Part shown: positions 10,020-20,950 of the stretch, in pieces
Layout of the letters: each line of letters starts with the position of its first letter
Position numbering within the stretch: position 1 is the first letter of the stretch
The notes under the pieces: generated by a model
Told to the model about the DNA's origin: nothing
Seen by the model: the letters and a program-made list of their open reading frames with translations, nothing else
The model's database searches: none
Source: Patescibacteria group bacterium
GTDB lineage: Bacteria > Patescibacteriota > Gracilibacteria > BD1-5 > UBA2023
Reading direction: 5' to 3'
DNA: 32,000 bases
Assembly: GCA_049293675.1 (NCBI GenBank)
Contig: JBAQBR010000001.1
Span: forward strand, 228,078-260,077
Translations under genes and position numbers: made by a program

Positions 10020-13000
10020 CTATTCACCAGATACAGTAGAGACCTCAGAGACAACCTCAGTTGTAACTTCTGTTGTTGGTTCTGTTGGAGCAACTTCTGT
10101 AACTATAGATTCTATTAAAGCTTCTGGAGCTGTAGACTCTACAGGGTTTGTATCTGAGACTACTTCTATAGAGATATCTTCTGGAAGAGCCTCTTCTGGA
10201 ATTACTTCAGTTGTGATTTCTTCTTCAGGAGTTTCTTCTAGAGTTGATCCTGTTGTCTCTTCAGCTATTTCTTCTTCTACAAGTCCTACAGGAAGTGATT
10301 CTTCTGGAGATTCTTCCGTTACAATAGCAATTACTTCTGAAACTGATTCGATTATAGTTGACTCTACTGGAGCAAGTTCACCTGAAGCTGCTGTTGACGA
10401 GGTAACACTTGATCCTGTGACCATGAGTGCTATCCAGTCGAATCGTGTATCAGAAGATACGTTGTTCTGTGTCTCGATAGTGAATCCTGTGACACCCTTG
10501 TCTGTGACTCTATACGTGACGAATGCATCTGCACTCACCGTAATGGCTGGGATAGTTGCATATGGTCGAGCGAAGTCAATGCGTACGGAGTTGGCACCCG
10601 CGAGGATGACAGCAGTACCGGCCATATCAGCATCTTCGAATACTACACGTTCTTCGAATACTACATCAGACTGGAATGTTACAGACTTCACGAATGTGAC
10701 TATCTCATTAAACACTGTCTCCATCTGTACGAAGAGCTTTTCAAGAGTCCTGATAAACGCTGAAAGGATACCAGTATCATCAGATGACTCTGTAACTGAC
10801 TCTGTCGGTACACTCGATTCAAGGGTACCTACTCGTCCTAAGAGAGAAAAGAGAGAGCCTGAGAATACATCCACAGTTCATGAGAGTGACTGTATCTCTG
10901 ATTGCACTCCACCGAGAGTTGTTATCATAGCGCCAAGGCTTGATGTAAGGGTCTCGATATCTGTAAGGAGATTGGCTACATCTGATTCGCCTGTTCCGGT
11001 TTTTGGAGATAGAGTATCTATCTTCGCGAGTGACTTCTGAACCATATATGAGAATCTGTCGAGAACTTGCGAGCCTGAAGCGTTCATGAGAATATTCTGG
11101 TAGTCTGACTCATCTATACCATCATAATATGTATTCTCGACGAATACTATAACCGTTCACTCTGACTCACCTGAGAGTCCTGTAAGTGCCTTACCAATAA
11201 CTCGTCCTGCCTCAGTGGCCCGCATACCAATACCAGGAGTACTGGAAGTCGTGATATAGTCACCAGCTACGATATCACCATTGGAATTATCTACCTTGAC
11301 TGGCACACGTCCAGCAAGCCCAACGATAACTGGTCTGCCAGTTCCATCTGTATCACCGATAACCATTCCTGGTTTTGTCGATATGATACCGAGACTCTTG
11401 TTGTCATATGCACGGGTAGTCTTGGCAACCTGCGATATACCGTTTCCAGCAAGTGCAACGATATGACCTTCACTGAGTGTTGCATCATCTGTATAGTAGA
11501 CTTCTGCGAGATCGGCACCACGGATTTTGTATGCTTCGAGCTTACTACCTGCAAGGACTGTGAGATTGGCAGCAGTGATAGGTGCCCAGCGAAGTTGCAC
11601 TGTACCAGCAGTAGTTGCTGTGATTGTACCTTGGATTTTTACATTGAATGACGTGGCAGAAGCATTGATGATAGTATTCTGCATGAGAGTTGGTACATTG
11701 TCACAGTCAGTCGTACGTACTTGTGGAAAAGCTGTACCAATAGGCTCAATACCAGACATAGTCACATCACATGTCCAACCAGCAGCACCGAGGATATCGG
11801 CCTTCCAGTCTGGCGTGGCACTATTGTTATTGAGTACATTGAGATCGATATCGAATACCCAGGTCTCACCTGCATTGACTGAGAATGCGAGTTGATCATC
11901 ATTCTGTATAGCAATAGCATTAACCGTCTCAGTTGTAGACTTGGTAATCATCTGAACCATCTCCCCATCCTGATCCCCTATCCATTTCCATGCAGTACCA
12001 TTCCAGATAGCCTGACGAGACTGTCATGCCTCTACTCGCTCACCGAGCATAGTAAATCCGACAGTACCAATACTATTGATATAGACGATGCGTCCTGCTA
12101 CTGTGCTCGTTGGAGTTGGTAGAGTAAGTGTCTGATTCGCAGTTGTCTGGGTGATATTGAACGCCGTCTTGATATCAACTGTTGTTGCGGCTGTTCCGAT
12201 AGCACCACCAGCTGCGAGGTTGGCAACAATCATAGATTCAAAAAGAGTTGAACCAGCGTTATGGAGTGTCGCGAGAGATGCACCAGTTCCGAGAGAAAGT
12301 GAACCATTGGCACTGATAGCAGAAAGAGTTGTTCCTGTACTATTTTCCCAACGAGTAAGGTGTCCAGATTGTCCTGCAGCTCCACGTACCATGAGTGCAA
12401 CCTTGGTTGCTTGTTGATTCGGTATGAGTACACCATAGTCATCCTGGAGTCCATATGCGACAGGAGCATAGTCGATATTGGCCTGACGATTCCCCACAAG
12501 TTGGAGTCCCCACCAAGATGTAAGTGCTGACTGATTGTTGACAATAGGTATGAGAGAGAGGTCGAGACCAAGGAGATAGCGAGAAGATTGAAGTGTCCCA
12601 GCAACATCGAGAAGTTGTGCTGGTGTGGCTGTTCCGATTCCAAGTCGACCAGTTGCTGCATCATAGAACATACCACCAGTCTGAGTGAGTCCACCTGTAG
12701 GGGAACCGAATACAAGTTGTCCACTCGTGAATCCTGATAGCATACCACCTGTGAGTGTTCCAATACCTACATTGTTCCCTACACGAGTGAGACCAGTTCC
12801 GAATGTGAGGACACTTTCCTTGGAGTTAAAAGTATTCCAATCAGTAGATGAGAGAAAACCATCGGTTGTTGTATTTGCTTGATTGATGCCAAAAATTCCT
12901 GTAGTACCACTATACGTAAGTGGTCATGTGACACTGAGTGCTGAACGAGCACGAGCATCAGTGAAGTAGAGGTTACTTACACCTTCAGTGAGATTGTCTG

Positions 13001-14789
13001 TATCTTTAGCTCAGAATGCTGTATCAAAACGTGCTTGAGTATAGTAGAGGTTGGTTCCTTCAGTAAGATCTGTAGTTGTTTTGAGTCCAAAAGCAGAGTC
13101 GAATCGTGTAGTTGTGTAATAGAGGTTGGTACCTTCTGCTACATCTGTTGTGGTTTTTGTTGCGAGTCTTGTATCGAAGTCAGTATTGGCACGAGCTGTA
13201 GTATAGTAGAGATTAGTACCTTCTGTGAGATTAGTTGTAGAACGTGCTGCAAAGTCTGTATTGAATCGTGTAGTTGTGTAATAGAGATTGGTACCTTCTG
13301 TTACATCTGTTGTTGTGCCATTCCATCCGAAGAGACCAGTAGTATTGTTGTAAGTAATACCACTTCCTGCTGAGAGGGATGTAAGGTTAATCTTGTTATT
13401 GAATGTATTCCAATCAATTGCAGAGAGAGCACCTGTTGTTGTTGAGGATGCGAGTGCGAGAGAGAGTTGCTGTCCTACGAGAGAGAGACCATTGGTTGTT
13501 GCGAGAGTAAGAGCATCATGAGAAGCTCCAACAAGAGTTGCGAGAGTTCCTGAGAGAGTTGTGATGTCTCCAATTGCTGTAGTGAGGTTTGAATTGGTAC
13601 TAGCAAGGTTACCAGAGAGTGTGAGGAGATTTGAGTTGGTTGTTGAGAGAAGACCAGAAAGAGTAGTAATGTTGGAAGTATTGGTTGCAATGTTAGCTGT
13701 ATTCCCCGCTACAACTCCAGAGAGTGAAGTGAGGTTAGTTCAGAGAGTTCCTACTGTTGAAGTGAGGGTGACAAGGTTACCAGAGAGTGTGAGGAGATTT
13801 GAGTTGGTTGAAGCAAGTCCTCCAGAGAGAGTTGAGATATCTGAGAAAAGTGTAGAGATATCAGTAGTAACTCCAGAAAGTGAGCTATTAATGGTAGCAA
13901 TAGTTCCTGAGAGTGCGTTCTGTGCACGAGCATCAGTGAAGTAGAGGTTAGTGATTCATTCTGACACTCCATCTGTCGTCACAGAGAGGACAGCAGAGAC
14001 AATAGAGAGAACTCCACCTGAGAGTGAGAGTCCTGCACCAACACCTACACTATTCACACTTCCAGATCCATCACGACCAAGTATCTCTATAGGAGTACCA
14101 ATTCCACCATTGAGCGTGATAGTATCTATCTGAGCAGATTGAGCAATAAAATCAGAGAGTATTGTTGTACCACTTACAGTGAGGCTTCCAGAGATAGTCT
14201 GGTTCCCTGCTATGAGAGAATTCCCTGAGACAGATTGGTCTCCAGAGATGATGCCATTGTTGACAAGAGCAGAATTCGAAGAAGATGAGACATATCCACC
14301 GATATTTGCAAATGCTGTACCATTCGGTGTAATAAGTGGTGCAGTACTAAACCCACTCGTCGGTATCTGGGCAACTGGGACAAGAGGAGCAGAATTGAAT
14401 TCCGTTTCTTGCTCAGTGGTATTTGTATTCTTCGTTGGTTTTTTTGGAAATATCCAAGATCCATCACTTACCTGATATGTTCATGCATTGATAGCATAGA
14501 CACTTGGCTTTGCCACAAGAGCTGCGCTTAGCATAATATTCTTCTCAGTTACACGCGTTCCAAGCCATGAGTCATCGATAGTAGGATTGGTCTGGATATA
14601 GACATATTCCTGCTCAGTAGGTTTAAGTACTCAGATACCTCGTGCGGACGTTCAGAGTATTCCCACTTGCTGAGCAAGCATGAGGAATATGAGAAAAAGC
14701 GACAATGGCCGATAATGAGTCGGATGTAGAGTACTGCGTGGAACAGTCGCTTGTGATAGGTGAAAGTGTTTTTGTCTGTGTATTGACAT
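10020..14789 (-). CDS. giant (1589 aa) membrane-anchored fibrous surface protein with tail-fibre-like repeats
   Basis: I checked codon by codon that the minus frame is free of TAA/TAG from 14807 to 10023. 10 in-frame TGAs (10878, 11157, 12024, 12924, 13011, 13740, 13956, 14481, 14631, 14652) join track ORFs 10020..10874, 10878..11087, 11157..11960 and 12024..12743 to an ATG-poor 2-kb N-terminal part. The N-terminus has a hydrophobic anchor (LSLFLIFLMLAQQVGILG). The start could alternatively be ATG at 14681 or 14534. Confidence 0.8.
12940..13985 (-). repeat. in-frame coding tandem repeats inside the giant gene
   Basis: Six copies of T(T/D)xx(T/A)EGxxNLY(Y/F)Txx(R)(F/A), with DNA cores gtagaggtt or atagag(g/a)tt near 12966, 13044, 13119, 13206, 13281 and 13941. 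There is also an (S/T)xxSNLxTLSG(N/G)L array at 13480-13935. It includes a 30-nt exact duplicate, accagagagtgtgaggagatttgagttggt, at about 13611 and 13779. Confidence 0.85.
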
Positions 14790-14910
14790 AGAACCTGATA
14801 TTAGTAATTACCCTTTTAGGCTATCACGTCAATCCACATAAAACAAAAAAAGCAACATATTTCGAAGGAAAAATACATTGACTTATATATATACGGTACT
14901 ATGAATTATT

Positions 14911-15168
14911 TTACTGAACTATCTCTGTGAATCTCTGAACTTGTTTTCAAACATGCTCAACAATATCATACCAAACTGATAATGGTCGTGTGACAAGCGC
15001 ATATCCATGTGCCCAACTCTCAGGTGGAGCATCATAAAGTGGTCGATACACAACCATATCTTCGTGTGTCTCAGAGTGAACAGCAATGTCAATAACCTCA
15101 TACGTGTGAAGTTCTGTTCCATCGGATTTGTAGTGGCGCCAATGGCTACCAGGAGTAGGTTTTTGCAT
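14911..15168 (-). CDS. DUF1653-family small protein
   Basis: HWRHYKSDGTELHTYEVIDIAVHSETHEDMVVYRPLY matches the DUF1653 pattern. The track stop at 14947-14949 is TGA, and read-through adds 12 residues (G plus KQVQRFTEIVQ) before TAA at 14911-14913. Confidence 0.7.
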
Positions 15169-15177
15169 AGACTAAAA

Positions 15178-17166
15178 TTACTTCTCTAGCACTGCCTTGA
15201 TTCTTCTTACGCCCGCTGAACTTGACTCTTCTTTTGATATCTTGAATCTTCCCATCTCTGCAGAAGTCTCGACATGAGGACCACCACAGAGTTCACGAGA
15301 ATACGTGACACCATTGGCACCAACCATAGAGTAGACCTTTACGATATCTGGATACTTTTCCCAAAATGATCCTGAGACACCTGTTTCCTGCGCTTCTTTT
15401 TTGTCCATATTCGCGATAGTGACAGTAAGCTCTGATTGTATAGCTTCATTCACATAGTCCTCCACTGACTGTATCTGTTCTGGAGTCATCTTTTCCCCAT
15501 GAGTGAAGTCGAATCTGAGACGCTCAGCTGTGATATTGGATCCTGCTTGTGCAACATGAGTACCGAGCACCTTACGGAGACCTGCGAGCATGAGGTGACA
15601 TGCAGAGTGAAGTGCTGTTGTCTCAACTCCATCATCAGCGAGTCCTCACTTGAACTTCCCTGCCGCAGCCGTACGAGAGAGCTCTTGATGCTTCTCGAAT
15701 GCCTTTTTGAACCCTTCGATATCGACCGTAAATCCATTTTCTTTTGCAAGTTCGAGCGTCATTTCAAGAGGAAAACCAAATGTTTCAAAGAGAAAAAATG
15801 CTTTTGTTCAAGTCAGAATCATTCTTCAATTAGCATCATTTACTATTTTATTATTTTCACTTAATACAATGAGTTCGGCTAATCTTGAATAATTAACTTC
15901 TTTCAGATATTTTTCAGAGGTTTCTTTGGCTATTTCTTTTACAAGAGGATTAATGGAATTATTCCCTGAAAGACTATTAATACTATCTTGAGTTAGACTT
16001 ATATCACTAGTTTCTCATTTAATACTTACAATAATTTTATCAAATTCTCTTTCTCAATCTCTTAGAGTTTTGCTAAATTTCCCTTCCTCCATGCTGAGTT
16101 CATTTTTTATCTTATCTGCATTATTCTGGACACTCGCGTAAATCCCTGAGAATTGCTCGATATATATACTCGCAATTTCGGTAGTAAATGGAGCCTCATA
16201 ACCCATCTTATATGCCTCACGGATAGCACGACGGATGAGACGACGGAGGATGTATCCTTGGTCGATGTTCTTCGGAGTGACACCATCAGATATCATGTGA
16301 GTAGCAGCACGGAGATGATCAGCGATGATACGAGCACCACGTTCGCTATAGTTCACTTCACCGACAATCTCTCGGATACGAGCAAGTACAGGAGCGAAGA
16401 GATCAGTCTCATATACGCTCTTCATCTTGTTGAGTGTTACTGTACATCTCTCTATACCCATACCAGTATCTACACACTGTGCTGGAAGTGTCTCGAGAGT
16501 AGTAGCATCGACTCGATTGTACTGCATGAATACATTGTTCCATATCTCCATCCACATAGGGGAGTCAGTTCCCTTATTGGACCCGCGTGGAGGTTTCCCT
16601 TCACCCATCCAGTAAAATATCTCAGTATCAGGACCACATGGACCTGTTGGACCTGCCGCCCACCAGTTATCTTCTGCAGGAAGTCGAGCAATACGTTCGT
16701 CACCGAAATCAAGTCCATTCTCTTTCCAGACATCTTTCCAGATATCTATAGATTCGGTATCGAGTGGAGCATTGGCATCTCATTCAAAGACTGTCACAGA
16801 TATCATCTCAGGATCAAGTCCGAGCCACTGTGGAGACGTGAGGAATTCCCAACTCATCGCAATCGATTCACGCTTAAAATAATCACCGAGTGACCAGTTC
16901 CCGAGCATTTCGAAGAATGTGAGATGTGTATCATCACCAACATCATCGATATCACCCGTACGAACACACTTCTGTACGTCAACAAGGCGCTTACCGAGTG
17001 GATGTGGCTCACCGAGGAGGTATGGTACAAGAGGTTGCATCCCTGCAGTGTTAAAAAGCACCGAAGGATCGTTCTCAGGTACAAGCGGTGCAGATGGGAT
17101 AATTGCGTGGTTTTTTGACTTAAAAAATTCGAGATATTTTGCGCGGATTTCAGATGCGAGGATCAT
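15178..17166 (-). CDS. alaS: alanine--tRNA ligase, short form lacking the C-Ala domain, with an AT-rich internal insertion
   Basis: Track ORFs 16780..17208, 16054..16608 and 15178..15591 share one frame, joined by TGA at 16780, 16054, 16015, 15826 and 15808 among others. Motifs: [52 protein letters not shown], and editing-domain HSACHLM and CGGPHV. Start at [15 protein letters not shown] (ATG at 17166). 662 aa. Confidence 0.9.
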
Positions 17167-17262
17167 AGAGGGTAAAAATTGGAAAATAATATCGTGAATT
17201 ATACACAAAATAGAAAAAAATCCACTCGAAATCGAGGGATTTATAGGTAAGAATTTTCAGTA

Positions 17263-18441
17263 TTACTTTTTTCGAGTATTGTATGCCAATATGAGGAGTC
17301 CGATGAGGACAGTGAGGCTCACTCCCCCTATCATGAGGACACTCGGATATGGTACACTCAGAAGCGGGAAGAATATATTTTTGGACTGGAGGAATCCCTG
17401 TAAGAATCAGATGATATATCACTGTCCTACGAAGCACACAAGTATATAGCTCAGTATTCCTGCGGATATGAGGAGTATTGGTTCGAGGAAGACGAGGATA
17501 TATCGACTCATATTCTCTATCTTGTACTGTCTGATGAGTGAGAAGACGTATTCCTTCTCTCTGAAGTATCCACTCAAGAGCAAGAACAAGAATCCATAGA
17601 GTATAGCGATGATGCTCACCATGACAGATACGAGTATCCGTGCAATAGTCTCAAGTGTACGCTTCTGTTCGACTATTGTATCAGCATCGAACTTCAGCGT
17701 ATAGCCACTATATCGAGACTCTATCTCCGCGCGCGATGAGGCATCCATCATGTATGCAACGACTTTGTAGGGAGGACTCTGTGTGTATCAGAGTTTTCTC
17801 ATCTCTTGATCTGCTGTATCATATGGGATAACCACCCCGAATCAAGGATAGTCACTATCGACATGTGTGATCTTGGAGGTGTAGGTATTCTCTGACTTCT
17901 CAGGAAGAGAGAAGAGCTTCGACGCACCAAAAACAAGTGTCACTCCCCTACCGACTATATCTGATTCAGAAAATACAGGGAAAAAAGCATGCGATCAGGC
18001 GAATTCGAGATTGTAATACTTGAGCATCTGAGATGATATACCGATTCCATCAGTTCCTCCAGTTGACTCACGTATACTAAAAGTCGGAACATCGATATCG
18101 AGAGAAAACTTGAAGAGATCGAACTTTCAGAGGACAGATATATCGAGGAATCTGAACTCGCGATAGCGTTCGATATCAGTATCTTTTTTTATCTCTTCTA
18201 TAACCGTAGAGGATATTCATCACTTCTCTCTATCAAAAAGTTGAAATATATTGGATCCAGCAGTAAGTGAAAATCTCCTCTCATCTATACCGTCTAGGGT
18301 ATAATAAGCAATACCTGATGCTATGTTGATATAGAGAAAATAAAACACAAATCATATGCAGGCACTCACAAAAGTAGCAAGCACAATACTCACAGTACGA
18401 GTCCAAGAAGATGAGAGATTACGCAAGAAAAAAGAAAACAT
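17263..18441 (-). CDS. ABC transporter permease, FtsX/MacB-like (1 TM, extracytoplasmic domain, 3 TM)
   Basis: Frame checked codon by codon from ATG at 18441 to TAA at 17263-17265, with about 10 in-frame TGAs. N-terminal TM VSIVLATFVSACIGFVFYFLYI, a roughly 220-aa soluble domain, then three C-terminal TM helices. The start lies 1 nt after the ATPase stop. Confidence 0.75.
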
Positions 18442-18442
18442 A

Positions 18443-19123
18443 TTATAGTCTAATAAGAGATCATCCGTCAATTCGATACTCTCGAGCATCTGAGAGGATG
18501 AATCCTCTATCATGCGTCACCACCCAGAGAGTTGCATGATGCTCTCGGATATAAGTAGAGAGGAACTCAAGTGCTATAGAGTAGAGTCTCTCGTCGAGAT
18601 GTGAGAATGGCTCATCGAGGATGAGTATATCTGGTGCTGACACTAGCATGCGGATGAGAGCGATACGTTCTCTCTCTCCACTCGAGAGTCTCTCAATCGG
18701 TGTATCGAGGAGGCTTCACACTTCAAGTGTCTCTATACACGTATCGAATACTTTCTCAGAGAATCTATAATCTCAGAAGAGTGAAGGAAACATGATATTT
18801 TCTCGTGCAGTGCTCGACTCGAAAAATACAGAATCTGTAAAAAACACTCAGATATGCTCTCTATAAAAAGCACCAAATCAAACATCTCGTGTAGATATCT
18901 CCTCATATCCTACACTTCCAGAAGATGGCACATCGATGCCTGTGAGTATACGCAGAAAAGTAGACTTCCCCGAACCAGAAGGTCATCTGAGTATCGATAT
19001 ATCTCCTCGATGTATATCGAGAGTAACATGAGAGAGTATATCCTGCCCTGTATATGTATGCGATACATCTTGTACGCGGATGAGTGGTTTTATTCTATTC
19101 TGAGAGGATGTATTATTATTCAT
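18443..19123 (-). CDS. ABC transporter ATP-binding protein
   Basis: Walker A LR-(TGA at 18983-18985)-PSGSGKST, signature LSSGERERIAL, Walker B ILILDEPFSHLD and H-loop VVTHD. 226 aa. Confidence 0.9.
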
Positions 19124-19132
19124 AAAATAGAC

Positions 19133-20065
19133 TTAACGAATCTCTTTGCGGATAAGTTCCGAGAAGTCTTGTTCCCCACTTACAGTACGAGCAAGCTCAT
19201 CGATACGATAGTAGGCACGGGCTTCTTCGAGAGGGAGCTCAGTATCTATCAGTTCTGCTTCGTAGACAATCTGGTCAGAGTGGGCCGGGAGGAGTGTATA
19301 TTTTCCGCCATCAATCTTCTCTTTTCTCAGTGCATTGGCATGTTGCAATATTGTAGTAGTACAGTTATTCCAGAGAGTGTTATAGAACTCTGGTTCGCGC
19401 GTAAGCTTATCAGTACGTATCATCATGGAGCGGAAGAGTGCTTGAATTTTATCTTTTGGTGTATCGATAGGATACATATATACCTGATTACCCCGATAGT
19501 TGGTACGGAGCTTGATAACATCAGATTCACTAGCAACTATATACTGGATCTCGAACTCATTGAGGATTCACTTGAGGGCATCAAAGGACTCCCCTCTTTC
19601 CTTGCGAAGCTCTGCTGATATAACCACATTCTTACCTCAAGAGAATGAAAAAGAAAGCATAGTGTGAGCAGGTCCAACGCTGTCTGAAAATGGAGTAATG
19701 ATATAATATACCTTCTCTATCTCATCGAGATCAAAAGTATCATCATAGTATCCTGGCACAAACTCAGTATCTGAGGTCCAAGTATGATTGCGGATGTTCT
19801 GAACTGCGATACTATCTCATGACCATGTGATGGTTGGGAGTACTGCATCTTGATTCTCCCAGTCACGATGGAGGGATGGTTCTTTTGAGAGCCACCAAGC
19901 AAGTCATACAGTAAGTCATAGTAGTAGAGCAACGAGAATAGCTCGCTCAAGCCAATACCAGAGAACCTTGATGATTTTCCAGACAAAACAGAGAACCTTA
20001 GAGAAAAAAGAAAAAAAGTTTTTTATCCAAGAAAAATGTGATGTACTATTATCTTTTTCTTTCAT
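19133..20065 (-). CDS. DUF4105 (Lnb N-terminal periplasmic domain) membrane protein
   Basis: ATG at 20065. TM region ILVALLLGLTVGLAWWL, then PSLHRDWENQDAVLPTITWSGDSIAVQNIRNHTW and FYNTLWNNCTT, which are characteristic of DUF4105. About 8 in-frame TGAs join it to track ORF 19133..19477. Confidence 0.75.
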
Positions 20066-20364
20066 GATGCGGGCACGACGATATGATGTCATATACTCTA
20101 TAGGGTATGTTATATATTATTCTGATTTCTCATCCTTGAGGTAGCACTTCACCTGGAGAAGTATGAGAATACCATGATGAGTTCGCCAACAATCATAAGA
20201 ACTATGATTTCTTGTTCGTGTTTATGGATAGCAGGCCTAGATTACGATCTTCATGATAACAATGAAAGTAGGAATGGAACATATGGAAGGATATATTATT
20301 TATCCAAAAAAACAAGAATCCGTCTATTTTTTCCCATTGACTCATAGTAATAATATTCTTATAT

Positions 20365-20402
20365 ACAAAAAAAGAGACCTCCAAAATGGAAGTCTCTTTT
20401 TT
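20365..20402. terminator. rho-independent terminator of the rplJL operon (bidirectional architecture)
   Basis: AAAAAAAGAGACCTCCA-aaa-TGGAAGTCTCTTTTTT. 10 of 11 bp pair in the stem, flanked by an A-run and a T-run. It lies 80 nt downstream of the rplL stop. Confidence 0.8.
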
Positions 20403-20481
20403 GATAAGAATGGATCCCTCGTTTTTCACTCAGGATAAGTATCTTGTATCCAATCGTGCAATGCACTCTTGGACAATATAC

Positions 20482-20862
20482 TTACTTAACTTCAACTGTA
20501 GCACCAGCCTCAGAGAGTTGAGTCTTGATCTTTTCAGCTTCATCCTTCTTAACACCCTTCTTGATGTCACCACCATTGTCAGCGAGAGCCTTAGCCTCAG
20601 CAAGACCGAGACCAGTAATCTCACGGATAACCTTGATCACTGCAATCTTTTGAGCACCAGCAGAAGTCATAACAACATCGAATGATGTCTTTTCCTCGTC
20701 AGCAGCACCACCAGCAGCACCACCAGCCATAACAGCAACTGGAGCAGCAGCAGAAACTCCGAACTTCTCCTCCATAGCAGAGACGAGGTCAGCGAGTTCT
20801 ACGATAGTAAGAGTTTCAACGAGATCCATGATCTGTTGTGCGTTCTTTGAGAGATCAGCCAT
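20482..20862 (-). CDS. rplL: 50S ribosomal protein L7/L12
   Basis: [36 protein letters not shown], an Ala/Gly hinge, and [24 protein letters not shown]. Start set at ATG 20862 rather than the upstream Met in the track. No TGA codons. Confidence 0.95.
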   Translation of the reverse strand: MADLSKNAQQIMDLVETLTIVELADLVSAMEEKFGVSAAAPVAVMAGGAAGGAADEEKTSFDVVMTSAGAQKIAVIKVIREITGLGLAEAKALADNGGDIKKGVKKDEAEKIKTQLSEAGATVEVK

Positions 20863-20950
20863 AATAAAAATAGATAGAAAATAAATATACTTGATCGAGA
20901 TTTTCACCTCGCACCTATCCCGATATACGGGACAGGATGTGAGACGAAAA

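Noticed and set aside
9979-11040. A 353-aa plus-strand ORF, the longest plus-strand ORF in the region. Similar plus-strand ORFs lie at 13035..13373 (Cys-rich) and 13561..13944.
   Set aside because: They are antisense to the giant minus-strand gene. Their Ser/Thr/Val or Cys-rich low-complexity products are mirror images of the sense-strand repeats and acidic tail. The minus frame carries the recognisable motifs and spans 4.77 kb.
12940-13985. Regularly spaced repeats that could be mistaken for a CRISPR array.
   Set aside because: The units are imperfect, 75-87 nt or 168 nt apart, and lie in an open reading frame encoding peptide repeats. There are no short identical direct repeats with unique spacers and no cas genes.
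10020-14789. Prophage or phage-derived island, suggested by the tail-fibre-like gene.
   Set aside because: No other phage-type genes (capsid, portal, terminase, baseplate, integrase, lysis) and no att-like repeats flank it. The neighbours are secE-nusG and a DUF1653 gene followed by alaS. It is kept as a cellular fibre candidate, with a possible phage ancestry noted.
14790-14910. A TTGACG element upstream of the giant gene as its -35 box.
   Set aside because: No acceptable -10 hexamer lies at 15-18 nt from it. The only good -10-like box (TAATAT) is 23 nt away, so the promoter is left unassigned beyond the leaderless-type -10 noted in the findings.
393-17208. The fragmented pepF, alaS, rlmN, nusG and similar genes look like a cluster of pseudogenes or a degraded genome in the standard-code ORF track.
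   Set aside because: All fragments of each gene are in the same frame and are separated only by TGA, never by TAA, TAG or frameshifts. The TGAs coincide with conserved Gly positions, so the genes are intact under table 25.
20202-20438. Track ORFs 20253..20438 (+, 61 aa) and 20202..20429 (-, 75 aa).
   Set aside because: Both read straight through the strong rplJL terminator hairpin (20373-20397), and they overlap each other. No motifs or start context support either. The region is reported only as an unexplained gap.
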